From an uncultured Mycoplasmatota bacterium (GTDB lineage: Bacteria; Bacillota_I; Bacilli_A; RF39; UBA660), in assembly GCA_947642475.1 (NCBI GenBank), contig CANRSQ010000001.1, forward strand, positions 3,991 through 67,990: a stretch of DNA of 64,000 bases, in the 5' to 3' direction. Made by a program: the position numbers and the translations under genes. How positions within the stretch are numbered: position 1 is the stretch's first letter; each line of letters starts with the position of its first letter. Shown here one piece after another: positions 18,081-28,651 of this stretch. The notes below the pieces were generated by a model. That model searched no databases and was not told the DNA's origin. It saw only the letters and a list, made by a program, of their open reading frames with translations.

Positions 18081-19499
18081 CTATTTTATTTCTTTAAATG
18101 TTTTGCCTTCTTCAATTTCTGTTATATATTTATGAGCGTTATCAACAGTGTTTTGGTCTGGTATCATTACATATAGATTACTTCCTGGCATTGAATAACA
18201 ATTACCTCGTGAACTTGTTCCATCAACGCTTATTGAATTTATATTCCAGTTTGGCACTCCATTTAATTGATTTTTTATAAATGATTTCATTTGGCTTGAT
18301 GTTATATTTGTTTGAAGTGAGTCATTTAAGGTTTCAAGTATTTTATTATAGTCTTTTAATAAGACTTCGCTACTTGTAACTTTTTGGAAGATGGCGGTTA
18401 TAACTTGTTCTTGATGTTTTCCTCTAGCTCTATCTCCGCCTTCTAAGACGTGTCTTATTCTTGAATACATTAGAGCATTCATACCATCTAAGTGGTTAAT
18501 ACCTTTTTTATAGCTATATCCATATTCGCTGAAGGCTTGATCGGATACAACATCTATTCCGCCAATGGTATCTACTAATTTTATTAAGGTTGTAAAATTT
18601 ACTCTAACGTAATAATTTATATCTATGTCTAGTAAATCTTCTATTGTTGTTAGTGTCATATTAATTCCATATATTCCAGAGTGTGTTAGTTTATCTTCCC
18701 CACCGTCTATTCCATGAAGCCTTACATAATAATCTCTTGGAATATGGGTTAATAATATTTCATGCGTTTTTGGATTTACGGTCATAATTATGTTAACGTC
18801 ACTTCTTGATGTTTTTGTTATAGAACCATCTGTATCTATTCCGCTTATTAATATATTAAATGGTTCTTTTGTTATATCTAATTCATCTTCTTCTATTTTT
18901 GTATTTGTGGTTATGTTTATTTTATCAATTATTCGAATGTTTTTAGAAAAGTTTTCATTTTCTTCACAAATTAAATCGTAATATGCGGAATTTAAATATA
19001 TGGCATCTGTTTTATTTATTCCTTCAATTACTTCGTTTGTGGTTATTAGTGTTTCTTTTTTAAATTCTATTTTTTCTTCTAGTTTATTTGTTGCTTCGGT
19101 GTTTCCCATATAAATACCGATTGTTTTATTTTCTAATTGTTTTATATTATTATATGAACTATCTTTTTTTACTATAACATAATAAATGTCTGTCTCTGTT
19201 TTTACTGTTTTTATATTGTTAAAAAAGTTATTTGTATCGTTTAAATAAGCTATTCCAAAAATACTTCCTAGCGTTATGATGATTTCTATTAGTGTTAGAA
19301 CAATTTTAAGTGGTAGTTTTTTTATTTTTTTAAACATTAATGTAAATATAACTATTATAATTAAAATTATTCCTAATATTATAAATAAATATTTATTTGG
19401 TAATAGGTTTAATATGCATAGCTCTATACCTAAACATATTAATGCGACTATAAATAGTGCGAATATTACTTTATAAAGTATATTAAATATTTTTGACAT
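18081..19499 (-). CDS. LytR-CpsA-Psr (LCP) family cell-wall polymer transferase
   Basis: N-terminal TM region plus an LCP domain (ISGIDTDG...SRSDVNIIMTVNP...IPRD). Confidence 0.8.
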   Translation of the reverse strand: MSKIFNILYKVIFALFIVALICLGIELCILNLLPNKYLFIILGIILIIIVIFTLMFKKIKKLPLKIVLTLIEIIITLGSIFGIAYLNDTNNFFNNIKTVKTETDIYYVIVKKDSSYNNIKQLENKTIGIYMGNTEATNKLEEKIEFKKETLITTNEVIEGINKTDAIYLNSAYYDLICEENENFSKNIRIIDKINITTNTKIEEDELDITKEPFNILISGIDTDGSITKTSRSDVNIIMTVNPKTHEILLTHIPRDYYVRLHGIDGGEDKLTHSGIYGINMTLTTIEDLLDIDINYYVRVNFTTLIKLVDTIGGIDVVSDQAFSEYGYSYKKGINHLDGMNALMYSRIRHVLEGGDRARGKHQEQVITAIFQKVTSSEVLLKDYNKILETLNDSLQTNITSSQMKSFIKNQLNGVPNWNINSISVDGTSSRGNCYSMPGSNLYVMIPDQNTVDNAHKYITEIEEGKTFKEIK

Positions 19500-19581
19500 G
19501 ATTTCACCTCTTTAAATGTTTGGTATTGTACTATAACTATTTTTATTTGTCAAAATGAAAATTTTGGAATTGAAAAATCCA

Positions 19582-19692
19582 CTATTTAAAGTGGATTTCC
19601 TTGTTTAATGTTTCATCATAGTCTTTGCCTATTGATAAAACTTTTAAGGTTATTATTGTTAGAGAAGTTAGCGTTATAAGTATTACTGTCAT
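19582..19692 (-). CDS. 36-aa small ORF MTVILITLTSLTIITLKVLSIGKDYDETLNKEIHFK
   Basis: AGGAGGG RBS 7 nt upstream. Hydrophobic N-half. AAATCCACT / AGTGGATTT hairpin at the 3' end. Confidence 0.35.
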   Translation of the reverse strand: MTVILITLTSLTIITLKVLSIGKDYDETLNKEIHFK

Positions 19693-19899
19693 TTGTTTAC
19701 CCTCCTATTATAATAGTAGCAAATTTTCTATTAAAAATCCATGTTTTTATGATTTTCTTTTTTTATTTTGTTATTTTTTGAGTTTTCTGTTGTTTTATAT
19801 GGTTTTGGCTCGATTTGACAAAGCATTAATTTTCTGTTAGTATAACCCACCGAAAACAAAAAGGGACTTCTTATAAAGAAGTAATCAGGGGGGAAATTT

Positions 19900-21474
19900 A
19901 TGAAAAAAATTGGTAAAATATTGTTTTTAAGTTTAATAACTTGTGCGTTATTAGTTTTTGGATGTAGTGACACTATCGCGGCTACTAAGGCTAAAACTAT
20001 TACGATTAAGAGTGCGAAAAAGATTACTAGTTTTATAGGCAACTATAATCAAGATTTTACTATTTATACTACTACTGGTAAGAAAACTGTTTATAGTTTG
20101 AATTTTGATAAAATGCCTTTAAAGAAAAATATGAAATTATCTTTTGATGATAATGGTGATGAAGGATTATTATATCTTTTAGAAAATAGTTATCCCAATT
20201 CAAAAATAACTGGTGATAGTGCGACTGATAAGTATATTACACAAGCTGCTATTTGGTGGTATATGGATGCTACTTTCCAAGGTGCTAAAGTTAATCCTAT
20301 TTTAAAAGATGAAAATAATGAGGAAGATACTTATGGCCTTGTTTCTAATTATATTAAACCTTTAGTTGAAAAAGCTGTTAAGGCTAAATATGAAGGTTAT
20401 AAAACTAAGAAAGCGACTATGAAGGTTAATAGTGATAATACTGCTTTATCTTTAAGTAAAAATAAAAAATATTTTGAATCTGATTATATTTCTGTTGATT
20501 TAGATGGCGCTAGCAAATATACAGTTTCTAGTGATGCAACTATTTTAGATGAAAATGGTAAAAAGAAAGAAAGTTTTAATGCTTCTGAAAGTTTTAAGGT
20601 AAGAATTCCTGTAAGTAAAATTTCAGATAATAGTAAAGTTTCTGTAACTGTTAAATCTGATGGTCAGGAAAAAGTGGCTAAAATATTTGTTCCTAGTGAT
20701 TCTAAATATACAAGTGTTATTGGATTATATAACAAAACTACTAATTTAAGTGAAACTTTTGATTTAAATGTTATGGTTGATACAACTTGTAAATATATAG
20801 ATGGTAATTTTCATGATAAATCTGGTAATGTAGTTGATGAACAAACTTATAGAAATGCATGTGCAAATGTTTGTAAGATTGTAAATGAGAATTACTATGA
20901 TACTACTGGCGAAGAAACTAGTAAGTTAATATTTGATCAAGAATGTAAAAATTCATGTGTAATTGATGATGAAACTTATTATGGTGTCGATGGCAGAAAA
21001 GTTGATAAAAATACATTTGATAAAGAGTGTCCAGTAGCAAATGTTACTAAAACTTCTGATACTAAGGATAGTTTAAATTTATTTGCGACTGCTAAAATTG
21101 CGATAGACAAAGCTGCTGATGAGGCTAAAACTTTAGCTGAAAAGGATGCTAAGATCAAAGCTGAGAAAGCTGCGAAAGCTAAAATCGAAAAAGAAAAAAC
21201 TGAACAAGAAGCTAAAGCTAAGGCTGAGAAAGAAAAAGCTGAACAAGAAGCTAAAGCTGAACAGGAAAAAGCTGAGCAAAAAGCTAAAGCTGAAAAAGAA
21301 AATACTGAAGCTAATTTAACTGATAATCAAAATGTAGTAAATCCTGCAGATGAATTAGAAGTTGAAGTTCCTAATACCAGTGCTGAAGTTCCATTTTCTA
21401 ATATGTTATTTGGTACTTTACTTGTATTAATGGGATTAGGAGTATTATATAAAAGAAATAAATCTTTAAGTTAA
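19900..21474 (+). CDS. Cell-surface protein with TQXA motif, Cys-rich repeats, A/K/E coiled coil and C-terminal sorting-signal-like anchor
   Basis: Signal peptide with LVFGC. TQAAIWWY at 20240-20263. Three CKxxC-type repeats. AKAEKEKAEQEAK coiled coil. Ends VPNTS + TM + KRNKSLS. Confidence 0.7.
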   Translation: MKKIGKILFLSLITCALLVFGCSDTIAATKAKTITIKSAKKITSFIGNYNQDFTIYTTTGKKTVYSLNFDKMPLKKNMKLSFDDNGDEGLLYLLENSYPNSKITGDSATDKYITQAAIWWYMDATFQGAKVNPILKDENNEEDTYGLVSNYIKPLVEKAVKAKYEGYKTKKATMKVNSDNTALSLSKNKKYFESDYISVDLDGASKYTVSSDATILDENGKKKESFNASESFKVRIPVSKISDNSKVSVTVKSDGQEKVAKIFVPSDSKYTSVIGLYNKTTNLSETFDLNVMVDTTCKYIDGNFHDKSGNVVDEQTYRNACANVCKIVNENYYDTTGEETSKLIFDQECKNSCVIDDETYYGVDGRKVDKNTFDKECPVANVTKTSDTKDSLNLFATAKIAIDKAADEAKTLAEKDAKIKAEKAAKAKIEKEKTEQEAKAKAEKEKAEQEAKAEQEKAEQKAKAEKENTEANLTDNQNVVNPADELEVEVPNTSAEVPFSNMLFGTLLVLMGLGVLYKRNKSLS

Positions 21475-21494
21475 TAGATTTTAAGGGGGATATT

Positions 21495-22169
21495 ATGGAA
21501 GAAATTAATGTAAGAGAAATTTTAGATTTCTTTATATCAAAAATATGGTTAATTATTATATTTATACTTGTGTTTGCAGCTAATGGTTATTTATATTTCG
21601 CACATATTCAAACACCAAAGTATCACAGTTCTACAACAATTATCCTTGTAAGTGAACAGGAAGATACTAATACTTCTAATATTAGTATGAACCAACAACT
21701 TGTTTCTACTTATAGTGAGATTGTTAAAAATAGAAGTGTTTTAAGTAAAGTTATTAATAAATTAGATTTAGATATGTCTGTTAAGGAACTTGCTGAAAAT
21801 ATTTCGGTTACTTCGGTAGATGATACTGAAATTATTAAAATCGAAGTTAGTTCGGTAGACAATGTACTTGCTCGTGATATTGCTTCTGAGGTTGCGAAAA
21901 CGTTTATCTCTGAAGTTAATGACATCTTTAAATTACAAAACGTTACAATTTTATCTGAAGCTCAAATTGGAAACCAACCTTATAATGTTTCTTTAATTAA
22001 ACAAGTTGCTTTATCTGGCGCTGTTGGATTATTCTTAAGTTTAATTATTATATTTTTAATTTATTATTTTGATACTTCTATAAAATCAGTAGAAGCTATT
22101 GAAAATAAAGCAAAATTAACTGTCTTAGGTACAGTAGAAAAGGTGAAGGGGAAAAATGAAAACAAATAA
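21495..22169 (+). CDS. Polysaccharide chain-length determinant (Wzz/CpsC-like)
   Basis: Two TM helices flanking a periplasmic coiled-coil domain. Precedes the BY-kinase gene. Confidence 0.8.
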   Translation: MEEINVREILDFFISKIWLIIIFILVFAANGYLYFAHIQTPKYHSSTTIILVSEQEDTNTSNISMNQQLVSTYSEIVKNRSVLSKVINKLDLDMSVKELAENISVTSVDDTEIIKIEVSSVDNVLARDIASEVAKTFISEVNDIFKLQNVTILSEAQIGNQPYNVSLIKQVALSGAVGLFLSLIIIFLIYYFDTSIKSVEAIENKAKLTVLGTVEKVKGKNENK

Positions 22170-22869
22170 GAATGAGATTAAAAATGAAATTTTATTAAAT
22201 GATAATCCTAAATCTTCTTTTAGTGAATCAATAAAATCTATTAGAGCTAATTTAAAATTCTCTGATTTAGATGGCGGAAATAAGGTTATTTTGATGACTA
22301 GTGCGAACCCTAGTGAAGGTAAAAGTTTTATAACTGCTAACCTTGCTTGTTCGTTTGCGAAGGATAATAAAAAAGTTTTAATTATTGATGCTGATCTTCG
22401 TAAAGGGCGTCAGCACAGAATTTTCGGAATTCCTAACAACAAAAAGAATGGTTATTCTAATATGATTGTTAATGTTAATAAGGATGGTTTTACTTTTGAT
22501 GGTTATATTAATAAAACTAGTGTTCCTAATTTAGATTTCATTAATTTAGGGGCTACTCCACCATCACCAACTGAACTTTTATCTTCTGATAATAACAAAT
22601 TATTACTTGAATTTTTAAAGAGAAAATATGATTATATTTTCCTTGATTGTCCACCTGTTTTAGGTTTGAGTGATACTTTAATTTTAAGTAGGATTTCTGA
22701 TTTTAATATTGTTGTTGTATCAAACAAACAAACTAAAATGGAACAATTATTAGATGTTAAAAAAGCTTTTGAAAAAGCTGGAAGTAATATTACTGGTGTT
22801 ATCTTAAATAAAGTTGATAAAAAACGTCATGGCTATGGATATGGCTATTACGGTTATTATGGTGAATAG
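22156..22869 (+). CDS. BY-kinase (CpsD/YwqD-like tyrosine kinase)
   Basis: Walker A SEGKSF. C-terminal Tyr cluster GYGYGYYGYYGE. Confidence 0.85.
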   Translation: MKTNKNEIKNEILLNDNPKSSFSESIKSIRANLKFSDLDGGNKVILMTSANPSEGKSFITANLACSFAKDNKKVLIIDADLRKGRQHRIFGIPNNKKNGYSNMIVNVNKDGFTFDGYINKTSVPNLDFINLGATPPSPTELLSSDNNKLLLEFLKRKYDYIFLDCPPVLGLSDTLILSRISDFNIVVVSNKQTKMEQLLDVKKAFEKAGSNITGVILNKVDKKRHGYGYGYYGYYGE

Positions 22870-22871
22870 TA

Positions 22872-23597
22872 ATGAAAGATTTACACACTCATGTAATGTT
22901 TGGAATTGATGATGGTAGCACGAGCTTAGATGAATCTATGGCTATGCTTGAAAGATTAGCTAATGAGGGCGTTACTGATGTAATGCTTACGCCACATTAT
23001 ATTGAAAATAGTAGATTTAATTGTAATAACAATACAAAGAAAAAGTTATTTAAGGAAATTAAGGCTGAGGCTTTAAGGCGTGGAATCAATATTAATGTTT
23101 ATCTTGGCAATGAGGTTATGGTTAACGGAAACATAATGAATTTATTTAATACTGAAATTGCGACTTTAAATGCCTCTAAATATTTATTAATCGAACTTCC
23201 TATGGATAAGGAATTTGATGATTTAGATTTAGTTATAAAAGAATTAATGGATTGCGGCGTTGTTCCTATAATTGCCCATCCTGAAAGATATAATTATGTT
23301 AAAAAGAATTATAAATGGGTAGAAGATTATTTAAAAATGGGCGTTTTATTTCAAAGTAATTATGAAAGTTTATTTGGCAAATATGGAAATGATGCGAAAA
23401 AAACTTTGAAAAAATTACTTAAACATAATATGATTCATTTTCTTGCTTCTGATATACACCATGAAAGTAGCGAATGCAATTTAAAAAAATTACATTCTAA
23501 GTTAAGAAAAATTATTCATGATGAAAAGGTTATAAATGATTTATTAAATGATAATTTTACTAAAGTTATTAAAGACGAAAATATAGAGAGTTTATAG
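22872..23597 (+). CDS. PHP-family protein-tyrosine phosphatase (CpsB/YwqE-like)
   Basis: DLHTHVMFGIDDGS N-terminus typical of CpsB. Confidence 0.8.
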   Translation: MKDLHTHVMFGIDDGSTSLDESMAMLERLANEGVTDVMLTPHYIENSRFNCNNNTKKKLFKEIKAEALRRGININVYLGNEVMVNGNIMNLFNTEIATLNASKYLLIELPMDKEFDDLDLVIKELMDCGVVPIIAHPERYNYVKKNYKWVEDYLKMGVLFQSNYESLFGKYGNDAKKTLKKLLKHNMIHFLASDIHHESSECNLKKLHSKLRKIIHDEKVINDLLNDNFTKVIKDENIESL

Positions 23598-23606
23598 GGT
23601 GTTAGT

Positions 23607-24284
23607 ATGTATAAATATGTTAAAAGATTTATTGATATTATTTTATCTACTCTACTTTTAATTTTATTTATGGTTCCAATGATTATAGTTAGTATTTGTA
23701 TTAAATTAGAAAGTAATGGTCCTATTTTATTTAAACAAATGCGTACTGGTTATAAGGGAAAGGAATTTACTTTATATAAATTTAGAAGTATGACAGTGGA
23801 TAATAATGTTCTTGATTTTTCTAATGAGAATAAGGTTACTAAAGTTGGTAATTTTATTAGAAAAACTTCTTTGGACGAGCTACCACAATTTATTAACATT
23901 TTAAAGGGTGATATGTCGTTTATTGGTCCTAGACCTTGGATTACCAGTTATGCAGCTTTGTTTACTGACAATCAAAAAAGAAGACTTGATGTAATTCCTG
24001 GAATTACTGGTCTTGCTCAGGTTAGTGGTCGTAATGATATTAGTATATTAGATAAGATTAATTATGATATTGAATATGCCAACAATTTTTCGTTTTTAAT
24101 GGATATAAAAGTTATTTTTAAAACGATTAAAACTATTTTTTCAAAACAAGGAGCAGAAATTAAAAAAAGTGGAATTGCGAATGAGCTTAACACTTTAGAA
24201 AAGCATCTTTTTAGCCATAAGGTTATGCATAGGGTTAATAAAAGATCTGGTGCGAATGAGATTAGTGAATTAGTTATAGATTAG
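23607..24284 (+). CDS. Undecaprenyl-phosphate sugar phosphotransferase (bacterial sugar transferase family)
   Basis: Single TM plus the conserved C-terminal PGITGLAQV motif. Confidence 0.85.
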   Translation: MYKYVKRFIDIILSTLLLILFMVPMIIVSICIKLESNGPILFKQMRTGYKGKEFTLYKFRSMTVDNNVLDFSNENKVTKVGNFIRKTSLDELPQFINILKGDMSFIGPRPWITSYAALFTDNQKRRLDVIPGITGLAQVSGRNDISILDKINYDIEYANNFSFLMDIKVIFKTIKTIFSKQGAEIKKSGIANELNTLEKHLFSHKVMHRVNKRSGANEISELVID

Positions 24285-24303
24285 AATATCAAGGGGGGAT
24301 ATT

Positions 24304-26421
24304 ATGAAGAAGGTATTATTTACGGCAACGGTAGATTCTCATATCGAGTTATTTCACGTGCCGTTTTTAAAATATTTTAAGGATAATGGCTATGAAGTTC
24401 ATGTAGCCACTAATGGCGATAATGATATTCCTTTTTGTGATAAGAAGATTAAAATTCCTTTTGAAAGAAGCCCATTTAAATTAAATAATTTAAAGGCTAT
24501 TAGGAGGCTTAAAAAGGTTATTGAAAGTGAAAATTATGATATTATTCACACTCATACTCCTATGGGTAGTGTGGTTACAAGATTAGCGGCTTTAAAGGCT
24601 CGTAAGAATGGTACAAGGGTTATTTATACAGCGCATGGTTTTCATTTTTATAAGGGTGCTCCCCTACTAAATTGGCTTTTATTTTATCCTGTGGAAAAGA
24701 TTTTAGCTAGATATACTGATGAGTTAATAACTATTAATAAAGAGGATTATAACTTAGCTAAAAATAAATTTGATGTTAATGTTTATTATGTTCCTGGTGT
24801 GGGAATTGATGAGTCAAAATTTGATGTTAGTATGACTTCTCTTGATAAATCTAATTTAAGAAAATCTTTAGGTTTATCTGATGATGATTTTGTGATGATT
24901 TATCCGGCTGAACTTAATAAAAACAAGAATCAATTATTTTTAATTAATGTAATGGAAATTCTTGTGAAAAATTATCCAAATATTCATTTGTTATTGGCTG
25001 GTAAGGATTCTTATAATGGTTTTTATCAGGAACTTGTTAATAGTAAAAATTTAAATAATAATATTCATTTTTTAGGATTTAGAAATGATATTCCTAAATT
25101 ATTAAAAATTGCTGATATATCTCTTTCGGCAAGTTTACGTGAGGGTCTTCCGGTTAATATTATGGAAGCTATGTATGTAGGTTTACCTATTATCGCAACT
25201 GATTGCCGTGGTAATAGAGATTTAGTTACTGATGGAATTAACGGTTATGTTGTTCCTAAAAATGATAGCTACTCTTTTGTTAAAAGAATTAAAGAATTAT
25301 ATTTAAACAGGCAAAAGTTAATAGAAATTTCTAGAAAGAATAGAAATGATATTAATAAATATTTACTTTCTAATATTATGAATGAGATGGTAAATATTTA
25401 TGAAAGAAAAACTAAGGTTATGCATGTTTTAGCTAGTAATAATTTTTCTGGCGCTGAAAACGTTGCTTGTACTATTATTAAGGAATTTAATGATGAATAT
25501 GATATGCTTTATGTAGCTACTAAGGGTAATGTTGAAGATATTTTAATTGAACGTGGTATTGATTATATGTTAATTGATAAATTATCTTTTAGAAATGTTA
25601 AAAGGGCTTTAAAGGAGTTTAGACCTGACATTATTCATGCTCATGATTTTAGAGCTAGTTTGATTGTTTCTAGGCTTAAATATAAAGCTAAAAGAATTTC
25701 TCAGATACATCAGAATCCAACTTGGTTTTCTAAAGTTAATCTTAAGACACTTTTATACGCCTTAACTTCTAAAAAAATGGATAAAATTGTTTTGGTTTCT
25801 GAAAGTGTATATGATGAATATGTTTTTAAAGATAATATTAAAGACAAGGTTTCAATTATTCCGAATTATGTGGATAAGAATATGATTATTAATCAATCTA
25901 AAGCTCATTTTAATGAACATTTTGATGTTTGTTATTTTGGTAGATTATCTACTGAAAAAAATCCTTTATTATTTATCAATTTAATTAGATTGTATAATGA
26001 AACTTATGGAAAAAGGATTTCCGCTTGTATGATTGGTGATGGACCTATGTATGATGAATGCGCGAATTTAATTAGAAAATATGGTCTAGATTCTACGGTT
26101 AAAATGATGGGCTTTATGAAAAATCCTTCTAAGGTTATTAAAAATTGTAAGTGTGTTATAATGCCATCAATTTATGAAGGATTTGGACTTACAGCTGTTG
26201 AAAGTGTTTGCTTAGGTAAACCAGTATTAAATAGTGGTGTAGGTGGCCTTAAGGAAATTTTTAAAGATAATAAATGGTTAATTTGTAAAATTAATGAGGA
26301 CTATGTTTGTAAATTACATTATATTCTTCAAAATGGTTATAAAGAGTCTTTTGATGGTATAATTAATTTATATACTAATCTTGATAATTACAAAAACAAT
26401 ATTAAAAAGCTTTATAAATAA
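24304..26421 (+). CDS. Fused double glycosyltransferase (two GT4 domains, 705 aa)
   Basis: Two successive GT4-like units. The second starts near MHVLASNNFSGAEN. Confidence 0.7.
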   Translation: MKKVLFTATVDSHIELFHVPFLKYFKDNGYEVHVATNGDNDIPFCDKKIKIPFERSPFKLNNLKAIRRLKKVIESENYDIIHTHTPMGSVVTRLAALKARKNGTRVIYTAHGFHFYKGAPLLNWLLFYPVEKILARYTDELITINKEDYNLAKNKFDVNVYYVPGVGIDESKFDVSMTSLDKSNLRKSLGLSDDDFVMIYPAELNKNKNQLFLINVMEILVKNYPNIHLLLAGKDSYNGFYQELVNSKNLNNNIHFLGFRNDIPKLLKIADISLSASLREGLPVNIMEAMYVGLPIIATDCRGNRDLVTDGINGYVVPKNDSYSFVKRIKELYLNRQKLIEISRKNRNDINKYLLSNIMNEMVNIYERKTKVMHVLASNNFSGAENVACTIIKEFNDEYDMLYVATKGNVEDILIERGIDYMLIDKLSFRNVKRALKEFRPDIIHAHDFRASLIVSRLKYKAKRISQIHQNPTWFSKVNLKTLLYALTSKKMDKIVLVSESVYDEYVFKDNIKDKVSIIPNYVDKNMIINQSKAHFNEHFDVCYFGRLSTEKNPLLFINLIRLYNETYGKRISACMIGDGPMYDECANLIRKYGLDSTVKMMGFMKNPSKVIKNCKCVIMPSIYEGFGLTAVESVCLGKPVLNSGVGGLKEIFKDNKWLICKINEDYVCKLHYILQNGYKESFDGIINLYTNLDNYKNNIKKLYK

Positions 26422-26432
26422 GGGGTGATAAA

Positions 26433-27719
26433 ATGATTATTGGAGAAACAATTTTAATTGTTTTATATATGATAAATAGTAATCTTGCTTTTGCTTTTTC
26501 TCTTCTATTTTTTGGTTACTATTTATTTCAAAAAAATACTTCAAAATATGAAACATTATTTAATTTATTAATTTTAAGTACCCCTTTATTTTCAATTAGT
26601 ATTTTAGGTGCGAATTTGCATCATATGTTTTCTTGGATTTATATTTTTCTACTTATTTATTTAATTTTATTAGTTCGTGATTTAGCTAAGGGTAAGTATT
26701 GTTTGAAGAAAAATTTTTTACTAATTATTATTTTTCTGATTATTCTTTTTGTTCAAAGTATCATTGGTAATTTTGTATTATCTAATATTATGGAGTTTAT
26801 TCAAATTACAATTATGATATTACCGATTGCTTTAACTTATTATGCTAAAGATTATATCAAGACTTTACTTCCAAAGGATTTTTCTAGTAAGTTTGTTAAT
26901 TCTATAGGTAATGTAATTTTTGCGACAGCACTGGCGGTTATTATTCAATGTGGTTTATATACTTATAAAGGAATTATGATTGGAAATATTAACTTTTTTG
27001 CCCAAAGAATTGTATTTGATGCGGTATTTAGTGGTTTTAGTATCTTATCAATATTTTTAGGTGTTGGTGTGGTTATTTATATGTATCAGCTTTTGAAATA
27101 TAAAAAGTTTAATTCTTTATTTAAGTTAGCAGTTATTGCTGTTGCGTTATTCTTTAATTCTTCAAGAACTGGTATTGTTGCTTCTGCTTTAGCAATTGGT
27201 CTTTGGATTATTAAAAATAGTTTTTCTAAGGGTAAAATTAATTTTAAAAATTTGATGTTCTTATTAATTTTTGTTATTGCATCTTTTTTCTTACTATATC
27301 AATTATTTATGGTAAGAGGTGATGATTCGATATTTGCTGGTTCTGGAAGGCTTGAAGGTTATCATCAAGCTTGGGATTTTACGATAAGTTCGCCTATTTA
27401 TTTCCTTTTTGGAAATGGTCTTGCGGCTAGTAATTATAATTTCACTTTACCTCATAACTTTATTTTACAAACTCTAATGTGTAGTGGTATATTTATGTTA
27501 GTTTATTCTTTAATTTTTGTTTATAAGCTTATTAAGGTAACTAGTGATGACATTTTTAAATATATTATTATTGCTATTTTAATTGGAGGACTTTTAACTA
27601 CTGACTTTTATGCGAATACTTTCTTTACGGTTTTTGCAGTTATAGGTTTAATTTGTAATTCTCTAAATGGTGGTGAAAAAAATGAAGAAAAAAGTAACTG
27701 TAGTAGTTCCGGTTTATAA
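26433..27719 (+). CDS. Wzy-like polysaccharide polymerase / O-antigen ligase family membrane protein
   Basis: About 10 TM helices with a central large loop. Position within the cluster. Confidence 0.65.
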   Translation: MIIGETILIVLYMINSNLAFAFSLLFFGYYLFQKNTSKYETLFNLLILSTPLFSISILGANLHHMFSWIYIFLLIYLILLVRDLAKGKYCLKKNFLLIIIFLIILFVQSIIGNFVLSNIMEFIQITIMILPIALTYYAKDYIKTLLPKDFSSKFVNSIGNVIFATALAVIIQCGLYTYKGIMIGNINFFAQRIVFDAVFSGFSILSIFLGVGVVIYMYQLLKYKKFNSLFKLAVIAVALFFNSSRTGIVASALAIGLWIIKNSFSKGKINFKNLMFLLIFVIASFFLLYQLFMVRGDDSIFAGSGRLEGYHQAWDFTISSPIYFLFGNGLAASNYNFTLPHNFILQTLMCSGIFMLVYSLIFVYKLIKVTSDDIFKYIIIAILIGGLLTTDFYANTFFTVFAVIGLICNSLNGGEKNEEKSNCSSSGL

Positions 27720-28647
27720 TGTTTCTAATTATTTAGGAAAATGTATTGATTCAATCATTAATCAAACATATAAAAAATTGGAAATCATTTTAGTTGATGA
27801 TGGTTCTACTGATAATAGTGGTGCTATATGTGATGATTTTGCTTCTAAGGATAAACGTATTAAGGTTATACATAAGGAAAATGGTGGTTTATCGGATGCT
27901 AGAAATTTTGGTATTGATATTGCTACTGGTGAATATATTGTCTTTGTCGATAGTGATGATTATATTGCTTTAGATATGATTGAGTTTTTATATAATAGTT
28001 TGGAAAGTAATGAGGCAGATATTTCTACTTGTTTATATCAGAATTTCTATGATGGTGAAGATGTTTTAGAAAGCGATGACAATATTTCGTATGTTTGCTC
28101 TAATACTGAAGCGCTTGAAAAAATGTTATATCAACAAGACTGTACTACTAGTGCTTGGGGTAAATTATATAAAACTTCATTATTTGATGGGATTAGATAT
28201 CCTAAAGGTAAAATTTGTGAAGATTTAGATACTACTTATTTACTGTTTTCTAAGGCTAATAAAATAGTTATTAATACGGCTAAAAAGTATTTCTATCTTC
28301 AGAGAGAAACTAGTATTATTAATTCTGAATTTAACCCTAAAAGAATGGATGCTTTGAAATTTGTGAAAAATGAAACTGATTATATTATTAAAAATCATTT
28401 AGAAATATTTAAAAGTGCGGTAAATAGAGAATTTATGGAAGCAATATTTATATTATCTTCTATGTCTAGTTTAAAGGGCAATAAGAAGTATATTAGGATG
28501 ATTTCTGATACTATAAAGGAAACAAGAAAAGTTGTTTTATTTGATAGTAAATCAAGGAAATTATATAGGCTATATGCTTTGATTTCTTATTTTGGAATTC
28601 ATATTTTATTCTTTAGTATTAAATTTAAGATGTTTTTAAAAAGGTGA
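27682..28647 (+). CDS. Glycosyltransferase family 2
   Basis: VVVPVYNVSNYL...DDGSTDNS...FVDSDD motifs. Start moved to the ATG after the GGTGGTGA RBS. Confidence 0.8.
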   Translation: MKKKVTVVVPVYNVSNYLGKCIDSIINQTYKKLEIILVDDGSTDNSGAICDDFASKDKRIKVIHKENGGLSDARNFGIDIATGEYIVFVDSDDYIALDMIEFLYNSLESNEADISTCLYQNFYDGEDVLESDDNISYVCSNTEALEKMLYQQDCTTSAWGKLYKTSLFDGIRYPKGKICEDLDTTYLLFSKANKIVINTAKKYFYLQRETSIINSEFNPKRMDALKFVKNETDYIIKNHLEIFKSAVNREFMEAIFILSSMSSLKGNKKYIRMISDTIKETRKVVLFDSKSRKLYRLYALISYFGIHILFFSIKFKMFLKR

Positions 28648-28651
28648 TTTT

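Noticed and set aside
19625-20042. ORF-track frames 19625..19840+ and 19731..20042-
   Set aside because: They overlap the divergent promoter/5'UTR of the surface-protein gene and have no RBS. The 36-aa minus-strand ORF with AGGAGGG is the only well-signalled small frame here.
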